This document shows, piece by piece, positions 18,001-27,395 of a stretch of DNA of 64,000 bases (positions are counted from its first letter, which is position 1; each line of letters starts with the position of its first letter). This DNA is from a bacterium. Its GTDB lineage: Bacteria > Verrucomicrobiota > Kiritimatiellia > RFP12 > UBA1067. The translations under genes and the position numbers were made by a program. Location: assembly GCA_037133395.1 (NCBI GenBank), contig JBAXOG010000001.1:38123-102122 (forward strand), in the 5' to 3' direction. Below the pieces are notes generated by a model. That model did not search any database. It was given only the letters and a program-made list of their open reading frames with translations, and was not told where the DNA came from.

Positions 18001-18484
18001 ACGAATAGAACGGGCTCGCCACACCAGTCAACTCCTTCTGCAGTTTTGCGTACCCCTCGTAAGGCGGGCGCGTATCATGGTTGCCGTGCAGGAGAATGTT
18101 CGGTATATGAAACTGTTTCGCCAACCTCCGAAAATTGTCCACCGACTGGGGTTCGAACACATTCACAAGATCACCGAGCCAGGCCACAAAGGCGGGCTGC
18201 TGCTTGGACGTATTCAGTTCGTTCGCAATCTGCGCGGTCGTCTCCTGCGCATTCATGCAGACCGCACCCCGATTATTCTCGGCCGAGACCTGAGGGTCGG
18301 CCAGCATCGCGAAACTGAAACGATCTCCGCTCCCGGCAGCCGGAGAAATCGCACCGCTCTGCGCCGACCCCTCGACGGCGCACACCATCGATAGCCCTGT
18401 TAGAACGACCCACATGCGTGTGGAATTTAACAACATCCATTCCTCCCATTTCTTCTGTTCCAAGCACCCGTCACAAATCGTCAT
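15071..18484 (-). CDS. Secreted calcineurin-like metallophosphoesterase domain protein with a large uncharacterised C-terminal region (1137 aa)
   Basis: WLGDLVN...LLHGNHD metallophosphoesterase motifs and a signal-peptide-like MWVVLTGLSMVCAVEG. The roughly 700-aa C-terminus has no motif I recognise. Confidence 0.55.
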   Translation of the reverse strand: MTICDGCLEQKKWEEWMLLNSTRMWVVLTGLSMVCAVEGSAQSGAISPAAGSGDRFSFAMLADPQVSAENNRGAVCMNAQETTAQIANELNTSKQQPAFVAWLGDLVNVFEPQSVDNFRRLAKQFHIPNILLHGNHDTRPPYEGYAKLQKELTGVASPFYSFDAGKWHFVFTPCNLDGNSPEQKAIEKKLLDWLENDLAANKDRPTIVFNHLHFMPQGLSQTEFYQQPLALRKKMLDLMARYGNVKYYFNGHVHNGIQTAEKVAWAYKGIRFFTVPTIIQPRPYGEEYPAFKDGIERGGYYVLVDVDGDKLILRGRLAGTDKEYVFPESMFKPFDEQKNPLWFHSLPELAAKPMLENGDFSKGFTGWTLPDRYSRDSDPFFVARADGQGATFAVKTPVESIWSDDEYLQASQVVALAPGQSPVLGGRYLLNEMPKAGGGYVTALLMNDTELKALMMFRWSAEEERCNYLPRSLGYQLNGKQASWMYFQELGKKKQGMFWKLPTATNQWHTFTLNVQELYDTTHTPGDFARLGATKVQVAVGVWNQNNLLGMRSEARFADLVLTDDSYLSVVDNKPLSTDAEVFTCQFGQKVQDGTRRSSSSDEGTGWWPVQKAPAAFVTVEWPQELEGQVILQAVAGLKARGVNEGKDDELVWIEQRHQPYEAWRDRTIERLTLKNRGTVAADALLTRAVNTGQVKGYVLYSSDTYEGRAYEPRQEVDQSLNTATMATARLRAVPVTVVSESRMKALGLFCLFDSRGVEPLAYFEAHRADFEARDAVGLIDPKTANNRDLMIAHTLPVTFGTSTPAWRMLDQVKPPAAMIGWGVGDEFRHCQPVSARGHFHTVSNWILNAPFYSAGANNYHSKKLPALDPSQIDWKDTRRCVAFMNSDGDNAAYIMGNFWSNTFWDSPLHGKFPMGWSIGAGDMTMVCPVIVDRIAESKPKETTVVQFGGGYFYPDHFASTRSNRWDVLRLHARRINATMERTGVTVLTMIFEHSESADAQKALRIFAEEIPTLLGIMVMDYAPYHGGDGRIDWIQNGRGGRIPAVCARYCLWDNMNRPRAGSPERVAQAINTDEAAGLGGWVAVNAWSQHKTDSGKSRQGLPAMNAVVQGLDTNKLHVVSPEELLLRIRRATYSGL

Positions 18485-18490
18485 GCGCGG

Positions 18491-19843
18491 TTATAGCCAA
18501 TTGCATTTGCGGTTCTGTTGCGAAATGAATTTCATTGCTTGTGCGTCATCCGCCATCATTTTCGCACCGTCCCAGTTAAATCCATTTCCTGTTCTACAGG
18601 CAACCACACCTAAATTCGCAAGTTCCGCAAGCCGGGCACCAAAATCAAAACTCGAATAGGTCTGCTTTCCCGTTCTGATACCGTCAACCCATGCTTGCAC
18701 ATGCCCGCCCACCGGAGGCTTTGGCAGTAGTTCGGGAACCGCCTTCACCGCCGGATGGTTAGCGATCCCTTTGAATTTCGGCTCATCATTGAATTTAATA
18801 TAGGCTTCCGAATTCCAAGGACCGAGGAAGAGGGTGCCTTTGTCGCCGAACAACATGATACCGTCCCGCATCGCTCCGAAGGTTTCCTTTAACGGCGCAA
18901 CCATCTTTTCGGGCGGCGTTCCATGGCCCTTCCCGAAGCAGAATTGGAGCGTGACCGGCGGCAAAGTTCCGCGCACAGGATAGTGCCAGTTAACTTGTGC
19001 CCAAATCGGAATACCGTCCATGCCCAAGCCTTCGCCCTTTATATCAATTCGCTCAGAATCACCCAACTGCAATCCCTCCATAGCTACAGGGAAGATGTGG
19101 CTTCCGAAATCCGATAAAACACCTCCACCAAAATCGTACCAGTGCCGCCATTTGAAGGGGTGATAGATGCCTTTTTTATAATCCCGCAAGCTTGACGGGC
19201 CACACCAAAAATCCCAGTTTAGTTCTTCTGGTATCGGATCCGCTCCGACAGGTGCTGTGATTGCATTAGCCTGATACTTCAGAGCGCCGACAACGTCCCT
19301 GACAGAACCGATCAGCCCAGACCTAAGAATGTCAACCGAACGGCGGTACGGTATAGATGATGTCCCCTGATTGCCAGTTTGGGTAATCAGATTTGTATGC
19401 GCGTGTGCCAGTTGCCGGAGTTCTCTGGCTTCAGCCACAGTTCGCGTCAGGGGCTTTTCACAGTAGATATGTTTCCCAGTCTCAATCGCATGTTTACAAA
19501 TCACCGTGTGCCAATGATCCGGGGTCGCCACAATCACCGCATCCACATCATTGCGCTTGTCTAGTAACTCCCTATAATCGGAATACTGTACACAAGCCGC
19601 GCCAAGATCTGGATGCATTTCACGAATACGCCTGATTCTCTGCGTATCAACATCGCAGATCGCGGCGATGTTCAATTTCGTGTCGCGGACGATCCGGAGA
19701 AGGAATTCCGATCGTCCGCCGGTTCCGATGACACCGACCGTGAGTCGTTCGTTTGCTCCAAAAGCCGAAGCCGGAATCAGTGTCGGTAACGTGATCGCGG
19801 CCCCCCCTTTGATAAAGGTTCTTCTGGAAATCACCAATTTCAT
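18491..19843 (-). CDS. TAT-secreted Gfo/Idh/MocA-family NAD(P) oxidoreductase (GH109-like)
   Basis: TAT motif SRRTFIKGGAAITLP, Rossmann GVIGTGGRS, EKPL motif. The likely start is the internal Met (MKLVISRRTF) at about 19843. The ORF track begins at 19909. Confidence 0.75.
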   Translation of the reverse strand: MKLVISRRTFIKGGAAITLPTLIPASAFGANERLTVGVIGTGGRSEFLLRIVRDTKLNIAAICDVDTQRIRRIREMHPDLGAACVQYSDYRELLDKRNDVDAVIVATPDHWHTVICKHAIETGKHIYCEKPLTRTVAEARELRQLAHAHTNLITQTGNQGTSSIPYRRSVDILRSGLIGSVRDVVGALKYQANAITAPVGADPIPEELNWDFWCGPSSLRDYKKGIYHPFKWRHWYDFGGGVLSDFGSHIFPVAMEGLQLGDSERIDIKGEGLGMDGIPIWAQVNWHYPVRGTLPPVTLQFCFGKGHGTPPEKMVAPLKETFGAMRDGIMLFGDKGTLFLGPWNSEAYIKFNDEPKFKGIANHPAVKAVPELLPKPPVGGHVQAWVDGIRTGKQTYSSFDFGARLAELANLGVVACRTGNGFNWDGAKMMADDAQAMKFISQQNRKCNWL

Positions 19844-19874
19844 ACGTTTCTCCTTTTGATCGGTGTACATCAAT

Positions 19875-22800
19875 CTACGGCTTTGGAATAACACGTTGTT
19901 CAACCGCACGAATCACCACTGGCCCAATCAAACCTGAGGGCAGAAGTGCGTCATCCTTCTTCCAGTGCTTGAAGGTCGTGAAGGTTAGCCGCCGCGGCTC
20001 GGGGCGGGGCAGACCTTTTTGCAGCCACTCCGGCCAAGCTGGAATGCCACGCGTTATCCAGGTGCCATTTGTCGTGCAGTCGTCGGGATACTGCTCATCG
20101 CCGATCAGTCGATTGGGCCACAGGTTGGTCACCTTCACTTCCAGCGCGTTTGTACCGCTCTGGATCACGTCGGTCACGTCCATCCTGAACGGCGGTTTCC
20201 AAAGCGTGCCGAGCGATTTCCCATTCAGCCACACCTCGGCAATCACTTCGACACGGCCAAGGTCGAGTTCAATTTTGGGTTTCGGATTATTGCTTTTGGA
20301 TTTGTCACTATAGACGAAGTCCTTTCGATAGACTGCCGTGCCGGAGAAATACCGCACACCGGAATCAGGGTGCTCGGGCCAGGAGATCAGCTTTTCCAGC
20401 GTCACTTTTTCCGGCGCACCCCAGCCCGCGGGAAACTCCAACGGCCAGGGTCCATCCACAGTCACAGGTTCTGGAGCAGACGAAACATCAACAACCTGTT
20501 TCCGTCCATCATTGAAGGTCAGTTCGTATTTTCCGCGTGTTGCGGTCTGAAGCAATAACCGCCCAGCAGCATCGGTTTTCACTTGGGCAGAAAACGTTTC
20601 TTGCGTTCCGTCACGGCTGAGCCCGACGATATGACGCACGGTTCCTGCACCCACTGGCTTGCGGAATACGACAAAGACCGCCTCTTCCTGTTCCAGATTC
20701 AGCCCTACGCTGACCCCTGTAGCCGTCTGCTCATAAACAGAGACCGCCTCAATGCGTCCGCTCTCGGGATACCACAGTTCGGGCACCTTGCCACTCACGC
20801 GGAACCGACACTTCACCGAGCCGCCACGTGGACTGCTGTTGGCGACAAAGTAGACATCCGCATCCTTGATCGTCCGATGGACAAAATGAAGATCCAATCC
20901 GGCCTTCGGGTCGTAATCAAAATCGGGGACAAGCCCGTCAGCGTTCATCACATCTTCCAGCGTGCGGCCCCAAATCACACGGCCTGCACTAACCTTGCGC
21001 TCTCCCGCCGCTCCATTTCCCCAAAGCTTTTCCGCCAAAGCCGTAAACGTTGCTTGGCTGTTCTGATCTGCCAGACTCGGGGATCCCTTCGGCTTCGGTC
21101 CCAGCACAGCCGCGCCTTCATGCGCCAGACGTGCTACATGGTTCAACGAGGCTAACGTCATGCGCCCGTGTTCCGGCATCACCAGATATCGGTATGTTTT
21201 GCCCCCAGGCAGCGCCACTTTGCCATCCGCTACGTTCAGCCGTGAGAGAATTTCGCCGTTCAGCCCGTCGCCATCATAGCCTTCCAGTGGCGTAGGCGGC
21301 TTGTTTCCATCTCCGTTGGGCGCATTGTCGCCCAAATAGAAAAGCACATCGGCTACAGGTGATCCCTGTTGCAACAGCGCCTGACAGCGCCCCAGATAAG
21401 TGTGCCATTGCGGTCCGCCCTTTTCCCACCAGGTGTTGCCCCGATCCAAGTGACACCCCCACGGCCCGAGCGTCATGCCCGGGCGCAGGTGCGGATCATT
21501 CCAGGGCTGGTCTGTGAACACGTGCATGACCAGACGATTCACGCCCACGCAGTAACTCCAATCCGCAAGAGCCTTCAGCGTCGCCGGGTGTTTTTCCCAT
21601 TTTTCAAGACCGGTAAACTCCTCACTGCCGATGATCTGTCTCTCGTAAATATGGCCGGCGATGGAAGCGCCCATTCGAGGCCGTGTGCCAATCGGACTAT
21701 TGATCCAGATCTCGGTCATCGGCACATCGCTGCGCCCGCCAGCCTGGAGGTATTCGAACGGGCCATCGTAGGCTTCGGTAGAGAAGAAGAGTCCATCCTT
21801 GCGACAGCGTTCCGCCAGCCGTCCCGTATGATGGTCGGCATAGCAATCGCAAACCGTCCGCCGAAAATCCCACAGGAATGCCTCGGTCTGTTCCAAGGAG
21901 CCGATGACGCGTCCTGTCAACGCCGGCAACCAGCCCGTCATGTCATACCCGCGCCGTTTCTTGAACTCGGCAGCAAGTTTGGGTGTCCAGTTTTGCCAGC
22001 CCACCTCATAGCTGTCCACATGATGATTAGCAATCACTCGCTTCGCCATTTCAGGACCGACGCTTTGCAAGATCGGGTTCATCATCCCGTCGTAGTAGAC
22101 ATCACAGGCTTCCTGGCTGAGCTTGTCGACCTCCAGCGCTTGCATGCCGGACGGCAACGGGGCGGACTGCGCGCCGGTGGGTATATGCCCCATGCGGATG
22201 ACAGTCCAGCGCCCGGGCGGCACGTCCCACGTCAGCCGCCCTTCCGCATTCATTCGTCCGGTCAGTTGCACGACCTGCTCCTGGGCAATGGTCTCTTCCG
22301 GTTTGGGCTGCGGCTCTTTAGTATCCGGATTGACCGCTCCAGTGCCGAAACCCGTTTTGTTGGTCCATCGCTGGAGACGGAAACCGCCATACACATTGAG
22401 CTCCTGCACATATACCGATAATGGCTGTTTCATTTGATCCTTGGCCCCGGTCATAAAGGTCAAGCGAAAGCGCTTGGCCGTTACTGGAGCGAAGGTCGCC
22501 GATCCTGTCGTGGGCCGGTCATTGAGCCCCGAGGGTAAATTTTCAAACTTGCCGACAGGCACAAACGTTGCTTGCTCCTCATTCCACGCTTCAAAGGTTG
22601 CTTTAAAAACCTTGCTCCGGTGTGCCGCGCGAATGGAAATCGAGCGGACAGGCACTGGGATTTCGGTACGCAGTTCAAACGTGCCGGGCAGTTGAGCCAC
22701 GGTCTCTGGATCATTGTCAAAGAGCTTTCCGCCTTCGGGTAGCGGAACGCCTGATGCGTCCGCAACGGTGGTCTGAACCGTCCGCAGGCTGAGTTCATCA

Positions 22801-23345
22801 TGAAGCGGCGTGGGGAAGGCAAAGACAGCGATATCCCGATAATAGTTCAGCCGTGCGGCGGGCTGCGGCAGAGCCGTCTCGACGCGGCATCCTCCTTCCA
22901 CGACCGTCTCACTCCAGGCCAGTTCCTGCATGCTCAGTTCGGGCGTGACCCAGGGGCCGCCGCTGTTGGCCCAGCCAGGACAGTTGAAGCCGATCTGCAG
23001 ACCCAACTTCTCGGCCTCTTTCAGTGTGAAGGCTACATTTTCGAACCATTGCGGACTGCGGGGCCTGACCGGCCCGACCGGCCCCATCCCAATGTCGAAC
23101 ACCATCGCCCCGCCGATACCCCCACGCTGCATGGATTCAAGGTCGGCCTTAATTCCCGCCTGCGTGACATTACCGTTCATCCAATACCAATACAGCCAGG
23201 GTTTGGAATGTGCGGCAGGAGTGATAAATGATTGCTCCAAGGTATCGTGTTTGCCGGTGCCGGACGCTGCGGTCACAGCGAGGCATCCGCTGAATACAGC
23301 AAGCAACGTCCGCGTCAGATAAGTTTGGTTTGGGTTACATGTCAT
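19875..23345 (-). CDS. Large secreted glycoside hydrolase, GH106-like (alpha-L-rhamnosidase family) with C-terminal GH2-type sugar-binding jelly roll
   Basis: Signal peptide. N-terminal PWLYWYWMNGNVTQAGIKADLESMQRGGIGG motif. C-terminal NLWPNRLIGDEQYPDD. Family assignment is from memory of these motifs. Confidence 0.55.
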   Translation of the reverse strand: MTCNPNQTYLTRTLLAVFSGCLAVTAASGTGKHDTLEQSFITPAAHSKPWLYWYWMNGNVTQAGIKADLESMQRGGIGGAMVFDIGMGPVGPVRPRSPQWFENVAFTLKEAEKLGLQIGFNCPGWANSGGPWVTPELSMQELAWSETVVEGGCRVETALPQPAARLNYYRDIAVFAFPTPLHDELSLRTVQTTVADASGVPLPEGGKLFDNDPETVAQLPGTFELRTEIPVPVRSISIRAAHRSKVFKATFEAWNEEQATFVPVGKFENLPSGLNDRPTTGSATFAPVTAKRFRLTFMTGAKDQMKQPLSVYVQELNVYGGFRLQRWTNKTGFGTGAVNPDTKEPQPKPEETIAQEQVVQLTGRMNAEGRLTWDVPPGRWTVIRMGHIPTGAQSAPLPSGMQALEVDKLSQEACDVYYDGMMNPILQSVGPEMAKRVIANHHVDSYEVGWQNWTPKLAAEFKKRRGYDMTGWLPALTGRVIGSLEQTEAFLWDFRRTVCDCYADHHTGRLAERCRKDGLFFSTEAYDGPFEYLQAGGRSDVPMTEIWINSPIGTRPRMGASIAGHIYERQIIGSEEFTGLEKWEKHPATLKALADWSYCVGVNRLVMHVFTDQPWNDPHLRPGMTLGPWGCHLDRGNTWWEKGGPQWHTYLGRCQALLQQGSPVADVLFYLGDNAPNGDGNKPPTPLEGYDGDGLNGEILSRLNVADGKVALPGGKTYRYLVMPEHGRMTLASLNHVARLAHEGAAVLGPKPKGSPSLADQNSQATFTALAEKLWGNGAAGERKVSAGRVIWGRTLEDVMNADGLVPDFDYDPKAGLDLHFVHRTIKDADVYFVANSSPRGGSVKCRFRVSGKVPELWYPESGRIEAVSVYEQTATGVSVGLNLEQEEAVFVVFRKPVGAGTVRHIVGLSRDGTQETFSAQVKTDAAGRLLLQTATRGKYELTFNDGRKQVVDVSSAPEPVTVDGPWPLEFPAGWGAPEKVTLEKLISWPEHPDSGVRYFSGTAVYRKDFVYSDKSKSNNPKPKIELDLGRVEVIAEVWLNGKSLGTLWKPPFRMDVTDVIQSGTNALEVKVTNLWPNRLIGDEQYPDDCTTNGTWITRGIPAWPEWLQKGLPRPEPRRLTFTTFKHWKKDDALLPSGLIGPVVIRAVEQRVIPKP

Positions 23346-23376
23346 ACTAATTCTTTCCTGTTACTTGCCCGTCAGT

Positions 23377-26300
23377 CTACCGCATGGGGATAACGCTTTG
23401 CTCAGCCGCGCGAAGCACCACCGGCCCGATCAGGCCGGAGGGAAGCAGCGCGTCGTCCTTCTTCCAATGCTTGTAGGTCGTAAAGGTCATCCGCCGCGGC
23501 TCGGGGCGGTGCTGCCCCTTTTGCAGCCACTCCGGCCAAGCCGGAATACCGCCCGCTTTCCAGGTGCCCTTGGGTGTGCAGTCATCGGGATACTGCTCGT
23601 CGCCGATCAGGCGGTTGGGCCACAGGTTGGTCACCTTCACCTCAAGCTCATTGGTTCCGGTTTTGATCACATCCGTCACGTCCAGACGAAAGGGAGGCTT
23701 CCAAAGCGTCCCCAAATCCTTGCCGTTGACCTTCACTTCCGCAATCACCTGCACGTCACCCAAGTCCAAAGTCAAGGATCGCTGCCGACGCCGCCACGCG
23801 GCGGGCACGGCGAATACCGTCCCATATTTCGCCGTACCGGAAAAGTAGCGCACGCCAGGGTCGGAGTGTTCCGGCCAGGAAACGAGCTTGTCGATCGTCG
23901 TTCTTTCAGGGGCACCCCAACCGGCAGGGAACTCCAATTTCCAGGGACCGCCGAGCCGCAGCGGCTCAGGCGATGGCGGCACAATTATCGCGCGCCCACC
24001 CCCTCCGGACAGCTTCAGTTCGTACTGACCACCGGCCTCAGCCTGAAACCGCAAACTTCCGGTCGCCTCAGTCGTCAAAGTCAGAAGGCTGTCCGATTCC
24101 TTGGCATCGGGCGCGGCTTGAGCGAGTTGCGTGATTTCGGCTTCCGTCATTGCCCACGCATATTTGGCAAGCCTGGCCACTTCCCCTTGGAACGGCTTGG
24201 TCATCTGCGCTTGGGGCGATGTCACATTCACGCCCGCATGGACCGTATTTCCGCTCTTGAGGCCCGTGCCGACCGGTTTGCCGTTGATGAAAAGTACAGG
24301 CACGCCTGCACGATAGATCACGGCCACGTGGATCCAGCCGTAGAGGGTTTGCGGAGCTTTCCAGCTCAGCACGGCCGGGAAATTCCACGCCCAGCTCTCC
24401 AACACGCACACGCCATTCGTGCCCACGGACACGCCGGCCCCCGAATGCCCCTTGTCGCCATAGAGCAGGTGCCCAGCCGGCGGATAGACAGCGTAGTTCT
24501 GATTGCCCCAGTCCAACCCGCGCGTGTGCTGCGCGGGCACGTCGATCTCCGCCGTGGGCCGAGCCCAGAAGGTCATCGTGAACGTGCCTGAGAGGTCTTC
24601 ACGGCTCGGCATCGCTGCGGGCAATATCTCGCGTCCGTTGCAGCTCAGACCCACAACCGTCCGCGAATGCTCGGCCGGCAACGGCTTGCGAAACAGCACA
24701 AAGACCGCTTCCTCCTGCTTCAAGTTAAGTCCCACACGCATTCCTGCGGGGGTTTGCTCGTAAACGGATGCCAATTCGATTTTGCCGGTCTCCGGATACC
24801 AAAGCTCCGGCACCTTGCCATTTACTCGGAACTGGCAATTGACCCAGCCTCCGCGCGGACTGCTGTTCGCGACAAAGTAGACGTCCGAGCCCTCGATCAT
24901 CCGATGGACAAAGTGAAGATCCATCCCGGTGTTGGGATCGTAATCGAAATCAGGAGCCACCCCGTCGGCCTTCATCACGGCCTCCACCTTGCGGCCCCAG
25001 TTCACCCGGCCTGCGCCTGACTTACATTCTCCGGAAGTCGCCGCCGTGTCTCCCCAAAGCTCCTTCGCCAACGCCGTAAACTTCGCTTGGCGGCCCTGGT
25101 CTGCCAGGCTCGGGGAACCCTGCGGTTTCGGCCCCAGCACAGACGCGCCGTCACGCGCCAGGCGCGCCACCTGGTTCAGCGAGGCCAATGTCATGCGCCC
25201 GTGTTCCGGCATCACCAGATAGCGATATGTTTTTCCCCCTGGCAGTACCAATTTACCATCAGCCACCTTGAGCCGCGCGAGGATTTCGCCGTTCAGCCCG
25301 TCGCCATCATAGCCTTCCGGTGGCACAGGCGGATTGTTGCCGCCGCCGTTGGGCGCATCATCGCCCAGATAGTAAAGCACATCGGCCACCGGCGAACCTT
25401 GCTGCAAGATCGCCTGACAGCGCCACAGATACGCGTGCCACTGCGTCCCTCCCTTTTCCCACCAAGTGTTGCTCCGGTCCAGGTGGCAGCCCCACGACCC
25501 CAGCGTCATGCCCGGGCGCAGGTGCGGATCAGTCCATGGCTGCCCCGTGAATACGACCATAAGCAGCCGATTCACGCCCACGCAGTAGCTCCAATCCGCC
25601 AAGGCCTTCATCGTCGCCGGGTGCTGGTCCCACTTCTCCAGACCGGTGAACTCTTCGCTGCCGATGATCTGCCGCTCGTAGAGATGGCCAGCGCTGGAAG
25701 CGGCCATGCGCGGCCGACTGCCGATCGGACTGCCGATCCAGATCTCGGTCATCGGCACATCGCTATGCCCCCCGGCCTGGAGGTATTCGAACGGGCCGTC
25801 GTAAGCTTCGGTGGAAAAAAACAGCCCGTCCTCACGACAACGCTGAGCCAAGCGTCCAATATGGTGATCGGAATAGCAGTCGCAAATCGTCCGCCGAAAA
25901 TCCCACAGGAACGACTCGCTCTGTTCCAGCGAGCCGACGACGCGTCCCGTCAACGCCGGCAGCCAGACGGCCATGTCATAGCCGCGCCGATCCTTGAATT
26001 CGGACGGGAACTTGCGCGTCCAGTTCTGCCAGCCCACCTCATAGCTGTCCACATGATGGTTGGCCACCGCTTTCTTAGCGATTTCAGGGCCCACGCTTTG
26101 CAGAATCGGCTTCATCATCCCGTCGTAGTAGACATCGCAGGCTTCACTGCTGTATTTGTCCACCTCCAGCGCGTGCATGCCGGACGGCAACGGTGCGGAC
26201 TCCGCGCCGGTGGGTATATGCCCCATGCGGACCACGGTCCAGCGCCCGGCCGGCGCGTCCCACGTCAGACGCCCTGCCGCATTCATTCGTTCGGTCAGTT

Positions 26301-27381
26301 GAACGACCCGCTCAGGGGCAAGGGTCTCTTCACGTTTCGGCTGAGGTTCTTTTCCGTCAGGGCTTTCCGCCGCGTTGCCAAATCCCACTTTGTTGGTCCA
26401 GCGCTGAACGCGGAACCCGCCGTACATATTGAGTTCCTGCAAAAACACATGCGCCGGCTGAGTCTGTTTCGCCCCATACCCGGTAATGAAGGTCAAGCGA
26501 AAGCGGCGGGCGGTTACCGGCTCGAAGGTGGCTGAGCCCATGGAAGGTCGGTTATTAAGGCCAGCAGGCGAATAATGAACCTTGCCGACGGGCACAAACG
26601 CTTTGCGGGCATCATCCCACGCCTCAACATCGGCCGTGAAAAACCGGCTCTGGAAGGCCGCACGAATGGCCATCGAGCGGGCAGGCACGGGGGTTGCGGT
26701 GCGCAGCTCAAACGTGCCGGGCAGTTTTGCCACAGTCTCGGTATCATTGTCAAACAGTTTTGCGCCTTCGGTCAACGGAACGCCTGAGGCGTCCACGACG
26801 GTGGTCTGAACGGTTCGCATGCTGAACTCGTCATGAAGCGGCGTAGGGAAGGCAAAGACGGCGATGTCCCGATAATAGTCCAGCCGCGCAGCGGGCTGTG
26901 GCAGAGCCGTCTCGATGCGATGTCCTCCTTCCACCACGGTTTCGCTCCAGGCCAGTTCTTGCATGCTCAGTTCGGGCGTGACCCAGGGGCCGCCGCTGTT
27001 GGCCCAGCCCGGACAGTTGAAGCCAATACGCAGGCCCAAGTGGTCGGCCTCCTTGAGGATGAACCTCACGGCGTCTAACCATTGCGGACTGCGGGGTTTG
27101 ACCGGTCCGGCCAATCCCAGTCCGATGTCAGCCACCAGAGCCCCCCCGATCCCCGCCCGCGCCATCGACTCTAAGTCCGCCTTAAGACCTTCATGCGTAA
27201 GATTGCCATTCATCAAGTCCCAGTAAACCCAGGGCTTGGAATGTGCGGCAGGCGTGATGAATGATTGCTCCAAGGTATCGTATTTTTTGGTATCGGATTC
27301 TGCCATCCCAGTAATACTTCCGACCAACATGATGAGAAACGGCCGCATCAAATGATGCCGTGTTTGGTGATGTGTCATCAT
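23377..27381 (-). CDS. Paralogous GH106-like hydrolase carrying an inserted concanavalin/LamG-like domain (1334 aa)
   Basis: About 85 % nucleotide identity to the neighbouring gene over long stretches. Extra roughly 180-aa segment (LSWKAPQTLYGWIHVAVIYRAGVPVLFINGKPVG) resembles a LamG/laminin-G fold. Confidence 0.55.
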   Translation of the reverse strand: MMTHHQTRHHLMRPFLIMLVGSITGMAESDTKKYDTLEQSFITPAAHSKPWVYWDLMNGNLTHEGLKADLESMARAGIGGALVADIGLGLAGPVKPRSPQWLDAVRFILKEADHLGLRIGFNCPGWANSGGPWVTPELSMQELAWSETVVEGGHRIETALPQPAARLDYYRDIAVFAFPTPLHDEFSMRTVQTTVVDASGVPLTEGAKLFDNDTETVAKLPGTFELRTATPVPARSMAIRAAFQSRFFTADVEAWDDARKAFVPVGKVHYSPAGLNNRPSMGSATFEPVTARRFRLTFITGYGAKQTQPAHVFLQELNMYGGFRVQRWTNKVGFGNAAESPDGKEPQPKREETLAPERVVQLTERMNAAGRLTWDAPAGRWTVVRMGHIPTGAESAPLPSGMHALEVDKYSSEACDVYYDGMMKPILQSVGPEIAKKAVANHHVDSYEVGWQNWTRKFPSEFKDRRGYDMAVWLPALTGRVVGSLEQSESFLWDFRRTICDCYSDHHIGRLAQRCREDGLFFSTEAYDGPFEYLQAGGHSDVPMTEIWIGSPIGSRPRMAASSAGHLYERQIIGSEEFTGLEKWDQHPATMKALADWSYCVGVNRLLMVVFTGQPWTDPHLRPGMTLGSWGCHLDRSNTWWEKGGTQWHAYLWRCQAILQQGSPVADVLYYLGDDAPNGGGNNPPVPPEGYDGDGLNGEILARLKVADGKLVLPGGKTYRYLVMPEHGRMTLASLNQVARLARDGASVLGPKPQGSPSLADQGRQAKFTALAKELWGDTAATSGECKSGAGRVNWGRKVEAVMKADGVAPDFDYDPNTGMDLHFVHRMIEGSDVYFVANSSPRGGWVNCQFRVNGKVPELWYPETGKIELASVYEQTPAGMRVGLNLKQEEAVFVLFRKPLPAEHSRTVVGLSCNGREILPAAMPSREDLSGTFTMTFWARPTAEIDVPAQHTRGLDWGNQNYAVYPPAGHLLYGDKGHSGAGVSVGTNGVCVLESWAWNFPAVLSWKAPQTLYGWIHVAVIYRAGVPVLFINGKPVGTGLKSGNTVHAGVNVTSPQAQMTKPFQGEVARLAKYAWAMTEAEITQLAQAAPDAKESDSLLTLTTEATGSLRFQAEAGGQYELKLSGGGGRAIIVPPSPEPLRLGGPWKLEFPAGWGAPERTTIDKLVSWPEHSDPGVRYFSGTAKYGTVFAVPAAWRRRQRSLTLDLGDVQVIAEVKVNGKDLGTLWKPPFRLDVTDVIKTGTNELEVKVTNLWPNRLIGDEQYPDDCTPKGTWKAGGIPAWPEWLQKGQHRPEPRRMTFTTYKHWKKDDALLPSGLIGPVVLRAAEQSVIPMR

Positions 27382-27395
27382 TATTATTTTTCCTG

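Noticed and set aside
21369-26535. Long plus-strand ORFs (350, 408 and 482 aa) across the GH106-like genes
   Set aside because: Antisense shadows of high-GC coding sequence. Arg/Pro/His-rich, with no domains.
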